Source: Vicinamibacterales bacterium
GTDB taxonomy: Bacteria > Acidobacteriota > Vicinamibacteria > Vicinamibacterales > UBA8438
Assembly (NCBI GenBank): GCA_965215105.1
Contig: OZ244051.1
Span: forward strand, 2,113,653-2,177,652
Direction: 5' to 3'
DNA length: 64,000 nt
In this document: positions 1 to 8,778 of the stretch, one piece after another
How positions within the stretch are numbered: position 1 is the first letter of the stretch
Layout: every line of letters begins with the position of its first letter
The notes under the pieces: generated by a model
Told to the model about the DNA's origin: nothing
What the model saw: the letters and a program-made list of their open reading frames with translations, nothing else
Databases searched by the model: none
Program-made: the position numbers and the translations under genes

Positions 1-1196
1 TTGGCTTCGTCGACGCCGGCCGAGTCCGCCCCCGCTGCGAGGGTGTCGACCGCGCCCCAGAAGAGTCGCCCGGCGTCGCCGCGGTCGATGTCGGGCAGGC
101 CGCCCCCCGGCGGGGCGGGGGAGAGCCCGGTCCGCATCCAGACTGGCAACGCCGCAACTGTCGCCGGCAGCCGGGACGGCAGTTCATCCTGGGGGTCGAA
201 CGCGGCCCGGCAGCCGGCCAAGCCCAGGGGCTCGCCGCCCGCCAGGATCGCGCCGGGGTCCCGGTTCGCCAGCAGCCGCAGCATGGCCAGCATGCCGCCG
301 GCGGCCTGGGCCGCCGCGAGCGGGACGTCGCGTTCCGGGGGCACGTGCGGCGGCGGCCACGGTAGGCCGCCCCTGGCCGCCGCGAAAGTCTTGAGTGTGC
401 GCGTCGTGAAGTCGTCCAGCGACACGTTGGCGTAGTCCTGCGCGGCTTCGCGACACGCCGTTACGTCATCGCGCGACACCAACACGATCTCCTTGATGGC
501 CGAGACCGCCAGCGGCGCGGGGGCGAAGACGAGAGGGGCGTCGCCAACGTGGGGCCACACGCGCTGCTCAACGCCACCCGGCGTCGCGACCATCGCCGGG
601 CCGGCGCAGTCTTTGAGCGAGACCACCACTTGGCACGGCCTGAGATGTCTCGCTTCGGCCGTGGAATGGTCCACCGCAGAGCGGGGAGGACGGCCTGTGA
701 ACAGCGGGATCCAGCCCGGGCAGGTGTCGAGGGTGTCCTGGTAGTACTTCCCGCCAAACCCGCTTCGAGGCAGGAGGAGGCCGGCCGCGAGCATGTGGAA
801 CAGGTTCAGGTGGTTGGTGACGAGGCGACCGTGCTCGGGCGCCGCGCCCACAGCCGCAGCCGGCGGAGACGGTACCGGCAGGCCACCGCTCGCCGCCTTC
901 CGTTGCGAGGGAGCCTTCACGAGGCGGCCACGCTCGGAGAGCGCGCCGGGAGACGGGGCCGGCGGATCATCTTCCGGAGCCGAGCCGGCGCCGCTCGCTT
1001 TCTTCGGTCGCGGGGCAGCCTGCTCAGGGCGCCGACGCTCCGGGACCGGGCCAGGGGCGGGGACCCGCGGCGCATCTCTGGCCGGTCGAGCGTCGCTCGA
1101 TCTCTCCGGTCGCGGCGCGACACCTCCATCGGTGGCGTCGCCCCGCCCAGGGTCGTTGTCGATACCGCCCAGCACGGGTTGCTTCGGCCTGTCCAT
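1..1196 (-). CDS. Hypothetical protein, C-terminally truncated by the left window edge; fourth gene of the kinase-helicase operon
   Basis: This ORF is absent from the supplied track because it has no stop codon inside the window. I checked every minus-strand codon in the frame of ATG 1196..1194 down to position 3 and found no stop (398 codons). The sequence AAGAGGAGCAG lies directly upstream of the ATG, and the ATG is 9 nt after the TAA (1206..1208) of the upstream gene. The translation starts MDRPKQPVLGGIDNDPGRG. A Pro/Arg/Ala-rich stretch of ~130 aa is followed by non-repetitive sequence such as HLNLFHMLAAGLLLPRSGFGGKYYQDTLDTCPGWIPLF and VSAIKEIVLVSRDDVTACREAAQDYANVSLDDF. I recognise no family. 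Confidence 0.6.
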   Translation of the reverse strand, partial: MDRPKQPVLGGIDNDPGRGDATDGGVAPRPERSSDARPARDAPRVPAPGPVPERRRPEQAAPRPKKASGAGSAPEDDPPAPSPGALSERGRLVKAPSQRKAASGGLPVPSPPAAAVGAAPEHGRLVTNHLNLFHMLAAGLLLPRSGFGGKYYQDTLDTCPGWIPLFTGRPPRSAVDHSTAEARHLRPCQVVVSLKDCAGPAMVATPGGVEQRVWPHVGDAPLVFAPAPLAVSAIKEIVLVSRDDVTACREAAQDYANVSLDDFTTRTLKTFAAARGGLPWPPPHVPPERDVPLAAAQAAGGMLAMLRLLANRDPGAILAGGEPLGLAGCRAAFDPQDELPSRLPATVAALPVWMRTGLSPAPPGGGLPDIDRGDAGRLFWGAVDTLAAGADSAGVDEA

Positions 1197-1205
1197 CTGC
1201 TCCTC

Positions 1206-2357
1206 TTAGACAACCTCTTCCCGCCTCAGGACGCCGGGGTCCGTCGGCAGGCTGCCGTCGATCGAACTCGTCCCGCCGCGCTGCCGGGTGAGCAGCACCT
1301 GATCGCGGGCCCGCGAGACCATCACGTAGAATCGCTTCCTGAGAAAGTCCGTGTCGGGCGCATAGTGGTCGTCGATGTCCGCGAGCACCGCGACATCGAA
1401 CTCCAGCCCCTTGCACGCCTGCGCGTTGATGACGAGGATGCCGCCCTCGTTCCATCGCACGTCCGGCCGGTGAGAGCCGAAGAACGTCTCCACGGTCGGC
1501 TCCCTGCGGTCGAGGCCCTCGGCAGCGTCGCACAGCCCCTTGAAGTACCGCTGCCTCACCGCGTTCTTCGGCGCGATCACCCCTACGAGCTTCGAGGGAT
1601 CCCGTTCGACGAGCTTCACGATACGCCGGCAGACGTTCGCCAACCGCCCAGGCGCACAGTCGTAGAGCACAGCCGGAAGGCCGCGCCTCGTTGGCGCGTC
1701 GACCGGCGGGCTGGCGAGATCGCCGGTGCGAAAGGCCGCCGCGAGGCGCGCGATGGGCGTGCTGTTGCGGTAGTTCTCCTTCAACTCGATGACGCCATCG
1801 GTTTCGATTGCCAGTTCCCTCTCGATGTCCTGACGGCTGCTGTGGTCGTCGGTGATCTGCTGATTCTGGTCCGCCGTGACGAAGAACCGTTCGTAGCCGA
1901 AGGCGACAAGGGTCCGGTAGAACTCGGGCGGCATGTCCTGGCCCTCGTCGATGACGAGGAACGGCGCGTCCGCGATGGGTTCGCAGTCCCGGGCAATCTC
2001 GGCCACGCCCTTCCAGTCGATGGGCTCGAACCCCGAGGGCATCGCCGGCAGTTTCGGCACGGCCTGCTTCGTGATCTCCTGGAACTGCCGGAAGAACCAG
2101 GAGATCCACGTCTCGCCCGGCAGTTCCCCGTCGAAGAGCTGCGCGCTGGCGCCCTTCAGCACGTGGTTGAAGACCAGGAACACGTAGGGGTCTCCGTCGC
2201 GCTGGTGGCGGCGGGCGCGCAGCAGGGCCACGATGGTCTTGCCGGTACCAGGGCCGCCGACGACGAGGTGCTGCCCCTCCTTGGGGAGGGCAAGCACCGT
2301 GTCCTGGTCCTTGCTGAGGTCCTGGTAGTTCGGCAATTCGAATCTGCGTGTCGCCAT
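1206..2357 (-). CDS. Minimal UvrD/Rep-like SF1 helicase-family ATPase (383 aa)
   Basis: The protein has Walker A LVVGGPGTGKT and Walker B LVIDEGQDM. C-terminal ACKGLEFDVAVL and YVMVSRARD motifs are typical of AAA_19/UvrD_C_2-type proteins. The ATG at 2357 is 45 nt after the stop of the DUF1998 gene on the same strand. Confidence 0.85.
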   Translation of the reverse strand: MATRRFELPNYQDLSKDQDTVLALPKEGQHLVVGGPGTGKTIVALLRARRHQRDGDPYVFLVFNHVLKGASAQLFDGELPGETWISWFFRQFQEITKQAVPKLPAMPSGFEPIDWKGVAEIARDCEPIADAPFLVIDEGQDMPPEFYRTLVAFGYERFFVTADQNQQITDDHSSRQDIERELAIETDGVIELKENYRNSTPIARLAAAFRTGDLASPPVDAPTRRGLPAVLYDCAPGRLANVCRRIVKLVERDPSKLVGVIAPKNAVRQRYFKGLCDAAEGLDRREPTVETFFGSHRPDVRWNEGGILVINAQACKGLEFDVAVLADIDDHYAPDTDFLRKRFYVMVSRARDQVLLTRQRGGTSSIDGSLPTDPGVLRREEVV

Positions 2358-2402
2358 GTTGTCACCGCGGATGCACCGTTCCCGCCCTTCGCCTCTTCAC
2401 GA

Positions 2403-4265
2403 TTACGCGCGACCGACGGTCCGCGCTGGCTCCCCGTCGAACAGCGGCGGGCAATGCCCGTCCGCGTCCCCCGCCACAAGAGTGCGGTCGAGCAGCACGT
2501 TGCCGTACGCGCAGCTCGGCTCGGGCACGAGGACGCAGGCATGGCAGGCGGCCCGGTTCAGCAGACCGGGGCCGTGTCCCTCCTGCTCGCCGCAGACCGG
2601 GTCCATCGAACACCACCCCGCCGCCTCGACCGCCGCCGTGAGCACGCGCAGGAACCGCCGCGGCTCCGCCTGCTGGATCAAGCCGCCGAGCGACCCCTCA
2701 GTGTCGGGCACCGCGACGTAGACGAGGACCCCGGCCATCGGCGGCCCGTCCGACTCGTCTCCCGCGCGGCTGTAGATGCGTTCCTTCAGCGACGCGGCGG
2801 GATAACCCGCGGCGGTCTCCAGCTTGCGCACCAGGAGGTGGGCCAGCGTGTGCAGCAACAGGAAGCGCGGTGAGACCTGCGGCTGAACCGGAAGCCGCAC
2901 GGGGCCGCCGACGAGGCGGTCGCTGAACGTCCGGGCCCTCTGCCGCAGGGCCTCCTCCGCCTCCCAGCGGCGAAGGCGCGCTTCGTCCAGGGTGAAGAAC
3001 ACCCCTTCGCCGTACAACTCCAAGGCCGGCAGCCACTCGCTCTGCCCAACCAGGTCCGGCGGCGTTACCGCCTCGCCGCCGAGCCGGTGGAACCCCTTCA
3101 GCACCATGATCTCCTTGAGCCGATCTACCGCTACGAGCCGGTCGACGACCCCCGCGATGCGGCGCGACGCGCCCGTCAGCCCCCCGACGAGGGCGCCCCA
3201 CGCCGTCGTGAGGTGGCGGGTCACGAAGTCCTCGTCCTCGCGGAGGTTCGGAATCTCGTCGACCAGGGCGCGGTACTCCCCCTGCAACACGTCGTCGGCG
3301 AAGCCGGCCGCGTCGACATGAGGATAGCCCCGGTCGATCTCGTCCAGCGCCGCCTTGACGTCATCCGTCGTGCAGTCGAGATCGCCCGCGATCCGTTTCA
3401 GCGCCGACTTCCGTTGCAGAGCCGTGCGGGCGTCGCGGAGCCTTGTCTGCAATTCGCTGCTCCCGTAGAGCCGGTCGACCACGGTACCCCGGCGGATGCG
3501 CGACTCCGGGGGGATGACGAGGGCGTTCGCGGTGTCCGCGGTGTGGACCCGGACGTCGTTGATGGCGATGACCCAGGCCGGCTCGGCCGGCGGCTCGGCC
3601 GGCGGCTCGCGGAACCACGGCTGCTGCCAGGTCGTCGCCCCGAACGGGAAGCGGTGCGGCAGGTTGCCCGACGCCCCGCAACGCGTGCAGCGGACGCGGT
3701 GGCCGCGACCTTCCGCCCGCACTATCAAGTACGGACGCTCCCGGTCGGCCCGGCACTCCCGCCGAGCCGGATGCTCTCGGCCGGCGTGGGCCACCAAGTG
3801 CCAGGGTACGTCCGCGAGATAACCTTCGGCATGCGCCAAGACCCAGGGCGCCTGCTCCAGACGCCCTCGACACGTGGCGCCACCACGACCCGCGCAGGTC
3901 CAGGTCTCGCCCCGCCCCCGAGACCGGGCCTCCGGGCCCGCGGTGTCGGCGCGCTTCCACGGGCGACGGTGCAGCAGTCCGCACCGCGAGCACATCGTCC
4001 AGGTCGGAAAGCGCATGGCGGGAATCGTGCTTCCGCTCGGCCTGCCGTCGTCTCCCACCCGCGCCGTGGGCGGCGAGCGCAGCGCGCGGTCGATGCCGAG
4101 CACGTGGCGCACCTGCTCGACGTGCCGGAGTTCTCGCTCCACCCCGCAGAGCCATTGCCGGGTGTCCTTGACCGTCAGCAGGTACGCGGGTCCGCGCACC
4201 ACCGCCCCGACCGCGCATTCGCGCAGCAGGTGGGACAGACGCACCGGCATCGCTTCGTCAGCCAT
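2403..4265 (-). CDS. DUF1998 (MrfA-type Zn-ribbon) domain protein, DrmB-like (620 aa)
   Basis: I trimmed track ORF 2403..4541 to ATG 4265 (MADEAMPVRLSHLL), which is 10 nt after the helicase TGA at 4276..4278. The C-terminal Cys cluster WCSMDPVC...AACHACVLVPEPSC (nt ~2511..2612) is characteristic of DUF1998. The N-terminal half carries CSRCG and CTRCG zinc-ribbon-like pairs. Confidence 0.85.
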   Translation of the reverse strand: MADEAMPVRLSHLLRECAVGAVVRGPAYLLTVKDTRQWLCGVERELRHVEQVRHVLGIDRALRSPPTARVGDDGRPSGSTIPAMRFPTWTMCSRCGLLHRRPWKRADTAGPEARSRGRGETWTCAGRGGATCRGRLEQAPWVLAHAEGYLADVPWHLVAHAGREHPARRECRADRERPYLIVRAEGRGHRVRCTRCGASGNLPHRFPFGATTWQQPWFREPPAEPPAEPAWVIAINDVRVHTADTANALVIPPESRIRRGTVVDRLYGSSELQTRLRDARTALQRKSALKRIAGDLDCTTDDVKAALDEIDRGYPHVDAAGFADDVLQGEYRALVDEIPNLREDEDFVTRHLTTAWGALVGGLTGASRRIAGVVDRLVAVDRLKEIMVLKGFHRLGGEAVTPPDLVGQSEWLPALELYGEGVFFTLDEARLRRWEAEEALRQRARTFSDRLVGGPVRLPVQPQVSPRFLLLHTLAHLLVRKLETAAGYPAASLKERIYSRAGDESDGPPMAGVLVYVAVPDTEGSLGGLIQQAEPRRFLRVLTAAVEAAGWCSMDPVCGEQEGHGPGLLNRAACHACVLVPEPSCAYGNVLLDRTLVAGDADGHCPPLFDGEPARTVGRA

Positions 4266-4275
4266 GGCGCCGCGC

Positions 4276-7200
4276 TCACCGCGCGCCGACGGCGGCTCCT
4301 TCGCGCCGCCACCCCTCCGCTTCCAGCACGGCCGTGTCCTCGACGTTGCGCATCGAATTGAGGGTCTTCCAGCGTCCCCGCCGGGGGTCCCCGAACGAAA
4401 CGAGGAGGCTATCCTGCGCCTTGTCGCGGCAATGGTACTGCAGGCCGCGGGTCGGACTGCGAGCCGCTTCATCCGCCCATTCGTCAACGAGGCGGTCGAG
4501 GTGCGTGGCTGTCTCCTCGCCCGCCTCGGCGGCAGCAGCACGGCAACGGCGCTTCAGCACCTCGACCACCGCCTGCACTTGTGGATGGTCCTTGTCGAAC
4601 TTCCCGGCCGCGGCGTTGTCGCCCCACGCGTCGCAGCCGTGGCGTACGGCGATGACCAGCGCCGCATGCAGCGCGCGCTTGCGCACTTGGTAGGTGAACG
4701 GTGTCACGCTCGTCGGCTCTACGAAACGGTAGAACGACTCGTGGTAGGGGCGGAAGTTCTCGTAGTGGGACAGGCTGCGCGCCTGGTGGCGGTAGTAGTT
4801 GGCGAAGACGAGCCCCGGCACGTCGGCGCGGCCAATGCGGCTGCTGGCCTGGATGTACTCGGCAGTAGTCAGCGGCTGGCCGTTCACGACCATCAACGCG
4901 AGGCGGTCGACGTCGACCCCCACCGAGATCATGTTGGTGGCCAGCACTGCGTCCAGGCACGCCGGCTCGCCGCGCGGCAACGCCAACCGGTCGAAGGTGC
5001 GGGCGTTCTCCTGCGCCGTCGACTGGCTGGTGAGCTGGGCGACCTCCGCCTCGCCGCGCCCACGGGCCGCGTCGGCCGCAGCAGCGGAGTCGTCGCCGGA
5101 GGGTAGCTCGGACGCTTCGGTCTCCCAGCTCTCGTGAGCGGCCTGTCTCCGTTCCGCCGCGAGGCGCAGCAGGAACGCGCGCACGTCGGCGCCGAACGCG
5201 TTGTGGCTGGCCCCGACGCCACGCAGACTGCCGTGATAGACCACCTGGGTCCACCACGCTTCGAGCAGGGCGTCGCGGTCCTGCTGGTCCCCGAACAGCA
5301 CCAGCGGGGCCGCCAGCAGGGCCGCCGCGAGGGGGGCCATGCAGTGCTGCTGGTCGAGCCCCGGCGCCAGATAGCCCACGTACAGCCGACCGGGCTTCGA
5401 GTCGTCGTTGCGCGCGAACCACGAGTCGTCGCCGGAGAGCCCGGGCGGCGGGAAGACCGCTGTCTCGCGGCCGTACAGACGCTGGACCTGTTCGCGCGCC
5501 ATGCGGATGGTGGCCGTCGACGCGATGTACTTGGGCCGGGCCCCGCGCTGCTCCAGCACCGTCTCGACGGCCGCCTCGTAGAGGCCGGCCACCGACCCCA
5601 GGGGACCCGCGATGAGGTGCAGCTCGTCCTGGATCACGAGCTCCGGCGGGCGCCGGCCGCCGGAGCCGAAGAACGCCGCCGAGCGTCCCTCCCACGCCAG
5701 CCGCGCGAACTTGTCGATGGTGCCCACGAGCAGCGTCGGGGGCTGCGCGTAGAGAGCCTCGTCCACCACGTTGCAGGGCAACGGGTCCCCGTCGAACTCG
5801 CACGCAGGGTTGCCGCACAGGAAGTGGAACGCGGTCTGACCGGCCGCGTAACCGCCCGGGGCGGTGAACTCCCGACCGCACCAGGGGCAGGACTGCAGAA
5901 CCAGGCGTTGAGCCCGGCCCGCGGCCGGGCCGCCGGTCCCCGCCGTTTCCGCGACCTCCTTCACGGCATCCTTGAAGGTGTTGGGGCTGACCGCCTGCCC
6001 CACCCACAGACCGACGGAAACGGGCTCGTCGCCGAGCCGCGCCGCGTCCCCACGCCGCAACAACTCAAGCGCGCACACGATGCGCGCCGCCCGCTCGAAC
6101 TGCTGCCGCGTGAGCAGCCGCAGCGTGTAGCGCATCAGCACCGCGGTGCCCCCTCCGTCCTCGCCGTAGCGCAGCCGCCGCCACACCGCGAGGAAGGCGA
6201 ACAGGCCCAAATAGGCCTCGGTCTTGCCTCCGCCGGTGGGGAACCAGATCAGGTCGAGCACGCCGCGGCAGGCGTCCTCCTCGTCGATCGTCGACTCGAT
6301 GACCGCGAGCAGAAACGCCAACTGGAACGGCCGCCAGCGGTACCCGCGGACGTCCTTCTCCCGGTCGCGGACGCGGTCGACCTGCCGCATCTGGTCGAGC
6401 ATCGCCCGGTTCGCGAGGCGGAACGCCCGCGCCGCGGCATCGTCGCGGCGCAGCCGCGCCACGCCGCGGCGCATCCGATCACGCGCCGCGCCCATCCGCG
6501 CGCAGATGCGGCTCGCCGCCGCGGCATCGTCGCCGGTGAACCGCGGCGCAGCCGCGCGCTGCCCGCCCACCCACTCGTCGTAGCCGTCCACGAAAGCGTC
6601 GAACCGATCGACGACCGCCTCGAAGGGCGCCTCGGCGATGTCGTGCAGGACCAGAACGTCTCGGTCGAGCTCCGGGATCTCCTGGGTCACTACCGGCACC
6701 TCGACCGCGGGCATGCAGTCGGTCCAGATGCGCGGCAGCCGGCCCTCGTCCCGCGACCAGTCCGCCGCCGCGCCATGACCGATGGCGTAGATGTGCCGCT
6801 CGCGGTGCCGGAGCTCGATCTCCTGTTCCTCTTCGGTGAGCAGTGCGGGGTCCACGCGCGGGTACTCGGCCAGCTCCCCGGCCTCGAGCTCGCACTCCAG
6901 ACGGGCCTCGAAGAGGCGGCGGTGGGCGCGATCCGAGCCAGGCGCCGCCTCTCGTTGGCAGTTGGCGAAGACCACGGTCAGGATGTGCCCGTCCCCGTAT
7001 GGCCGGCGGCGCACGTCGATCTGTGTCTCCCACCCACCGGTCCCCGCCTCCGAGAAGGCTGCGGTCAGCACGTCACCATCGCGGTACGGTCGTCGGCGCA
7101 CCTCCCGCTCGACGCCTCGCGGCAACGCGACCTCGCCCGCCGGCCAGAGCAGCCCGCACTCGATGGCCGTCCGCCGGTAGCGTGCGTACCCCCTCTCGCC

Positions 7201-8778
7201 AGCGTCGCCCGGCTCGCGCCCGGCGCTGGAGGTGGAGGTCTGCGGCGGGTCATCTCGGCGCTCCTCACGGAAGCGGCCCGCGTCGTCAGACTCTCGTCCG
7301 GCGCCGCCGACAGCGCGAGTGTCCGGCGCCTGGCGCCGGTAGCGGCCCGACTCGCCGCGGTCACTCACCCGCCGGTAGCTCGCAGCGGAAGCGCTGATGC
7401 GTAACTGGGCCTCGCCACGCACGTAGAAGGACACGCCCACCGAGGACGGAGGCACGAAGCGGCGGCGACCCACCGGCCGCGCGGCCTCACCACGCGCCGC
7501 CCCGTCGTCGCCTTTGCGCGACTCGTCGTCCTCGTCGTCGGCCAGCAGAGTCGACAGGTCGGCGCCCGGCGATGGCGCGCCGGGGCCTCCTCCGTCCGGG
7601 TCTACTTCCGGCTCGGCGGGGTCGACCCCGGTCGCGCCCGGACCGCCCGGATCGACGGGGTGCAGCACGCCGATCGGAAAGCGCTCGACGGGCGAACCGC
7701 GGATCTCGTCGGGGTCGGCGGGACCGACGCCCTGATCGAACCCGCCGGGGTCCGCGGGACCGACGAGTTGTCCGCGCACCCAGTTGACGAAACGTTGCCG
7801 CTGGCCAGCGAGACCGTCCGCATACGCGGGCAGCGCCCCCGGCCCCGTGCTTGCCGCAGCCTCCGCCCCGCCGGCGTCGTCGCCCTCGGCGCCACGCTTC
7901 GCCGCCGCGGCCCGCGATGCCGAGAGCATCCGCCGCCACTCGAGGAGGATCTGCGGCCGGTCGCGGGCGTGGACGGCCAGCGCCGCCTGCACCGCGTCCT
8001 GCATGGCCCGGCTCGTCGGCCGGAGCGCGGCCTCACCCAGGGGAACGAGTTCGTCGGCCGAGACCCGCGCCGGCGCGTCGGGCGGCGGCCGCCCGGTCAG
8101 ACAGCGGTACAGCACCGCTCCAAGCGCATAGATGTCGGTCCAGGGCCCGTGCCGCCCGTCGCGGGCGTACTGTTCGATGGGCGCGTAGCCGGGTGTATAG
8201 AGCGCGGTCAGGCTCCGCGTGCGGTCGTCGAGGGCCCGGCGCGCCGCCCCGAAGTCGAGCAGGACCGGCACGTCGTCGGGGCCGATCACGATGTTGGCGG
8301 GCTTGATGTCCCGGTGGAGATAGTCGGCCGCGTGCACCTGCGCCAGACCGTCGACGATCGGGAGGACCATGGCGAGCGCGCCGACCTCATCCAGGGGTCC
8401 CGAGCGGAGACGTTCCGAGAGCGTTTCGCCCGCGACGTAGTTCATCACGAGGTAGCCGGTGCCGTGCGCCTCGAACTCGTCGACCACCCGCACGATGCTC
8501 GGATGGTGGAAACGGGCGAGGACGCGCCCTTCCTCGCGGAAGCGGTCCAGACCCCACCCGAAGTCGTCGTCCCGGCGGTCGGCGGACCGCGCGACGACGC
8601 GATGTTCCGCGCCGCGGTCGGCCCAATCGGCGGGAAGGTACTCCTTCACCGCCACACGATGCCCGCCAGGCTCGTCGACGGCGAGGTAGGTGACGCCGAA
8701 ACCGCCGCGGCCCAGCACGCGTTCGATGCGGTAGTGCGAGAGCCGGTGGCCGACCGGCAGGGCGTCGTCGTGACTCAT
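4276..8778 (-). CDS. Ser/Thr protein kinase fused to a DrmA-like DExH-box helicase (1500 aa)
   Basis: I trimmed track ORF 4276..9549 to ATG 8778 (GGGTGAG 5 nt upstream; alternative ATG at 8814). The upstream 257 codons are Pro/Arg-rich and overlap the real gene 8921..9562 in another frame. Residues 15-285 form a Hanks-type kinase with GRGGFGVTY, VAVK45EY, HRD157IKPANIV, D175FG and TPGYAPIEQ. Residues ~286-530 are a low-complexity linker. Residues ~815-1345 form the helicase core: RPFQLAFLL, WFPTGGGK852TEAYLG (Walker A), IQDELH1054LIAGPLGS (motif II), ASTATI, a CPWCG...CGNPAC Zn-ribbon insert, and YIQASSRIGR (motif VI). Confidence 0.85.
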   Translation of the reverse strand: MSHDDALPVGHRLSHYRIERVLGRGGFGVTYLAVDEPGGHRVAVKEYLPADWADRGAEHRVVARSADRRDDDFGWGLDRFREEGRVLARFHHPSIVRVVDEFEAHGTGYLVMNYVAGETLSERLRSGPLDEVGALAMVLPIVDGLAQVHAADYLHRDIKPANIVIGPDDVPVLLDFGAARRALDDRTRSLTALYTPGYAPIEQYARDGRHGPWTDIYALGAVLYRCLTGRPPPDAPARVSADELVPLGEAALRPTSRAMQDAVQAALAVHARDRPQILLEWRRMLSASRAAAAKRGAEGDDAGGAEAAASTGPGALPAYADGLAGQRQRFVNWVRGQLVGPADPGGFDQGVGPADPDEIRGSPVERFPIGVLHPVDPGGPGATGVDPAEPEVDPDGGGPGAPSPGADLSTLLADDEDDESRKGDDGAARGEAARPVGRRRFVPPSSVGVSFYVRGEAQLRISASAASYRRVSDRGESGRYRRQAPDTRAVGGAGRESDDAGRFREERRDDPPQTSTSSAGREPGDAGERGYARYRRTAIECGLLWPAGEVALPRGVEREVRRRPYRDGDVLTAAFSEAGTGGWETQIDVRRRPYGDGHILTVVFANCQREAAPGSDRAHRRLFEARLECELEAGELAEYPRVDPALLTEEEQEIELRHRERHIYAIGHGAAADWSRDEGRLPRIWTDCMPAVEVPVVTQEIPELDRDVLVLHDIAEAPFEAVVDRFDAFVDGYDEWVGGQRAAAPRFTGDDAAAASRICARMGAARDRMRRGVARLRRDDAAARAFRLANRAMLDQMRQVDRVRDREKDVRGYRWRPFQLAFLLAVIESTIDEEDACRGVLDLIWFPTGGGKTEAYLGLFAFLAVWRRLRYGEDGGGTAVLMRYTLRLLTRQQFERAARIVCALELLRRGDAARLGDEPVSVGLWVGQAVSPNTFKDAVKEVAETAGTGGPAAGRAQRLVLQSCPWCGREFTAPGGYAAGQTAFHFLCGNPACEFDGDPLPCNVVDEALYAQPPTLLVGTIDKFARLAWEGRSAAFFGSGGRRPPELVIQDELHLIAGPLGSVAGLYEAAVETVLEQRGARPKYIASTATIRMAREQVQRLYGRETAVFPPPGLSGDDSWFARNDDSKPGRLYVGYLAPGLDQQHCMAPLAAALLAAPLVLFGDQQDRDALLEAWWTQVVYHGSLRGVGASHNAFGADVRAFLLRLAAERRQAAHESWETEASELPSGDDSAAAADAARGRGEAEVAQLTSQSTAQENARTFDRLALPRGEPACLDAVLATNMISVGVDVDRLALMVVNGQPLTTAEYIQASSRIGRADVPGLVFANYYRHQARSLSHYENFRPYHESFYRFVEPTSVTPFTYQVRKRALHAALVIAVRHGCDAWGDNAAAGKFDKDHPQVQAVVEVLKRRCRAAAAEAGEETATHLDRLVDEWADEAARSPTRGLQYHCRDKAQDSLLVSFGDPRRGRWKTLNSMRNVEDTAVLEAEGWRREGAAVGAR

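Noticed and set aside
1-8778. Calling the operon a standard DISARM locus or a BREX type 2 (Pgl) locus
   Set aside because: No DNA methyltransferase, PLD nuclease (DrmC), SNF2 (DrmD), PglX, PglZ or BrxC/PglY-like gene is present in the window. PglW-type kinases are not, to my knowledge, DrmA-like helicase fusions. Only the DrmA/DrmB-like core is shared. The left edge is truncated, so this rejection is provisional.
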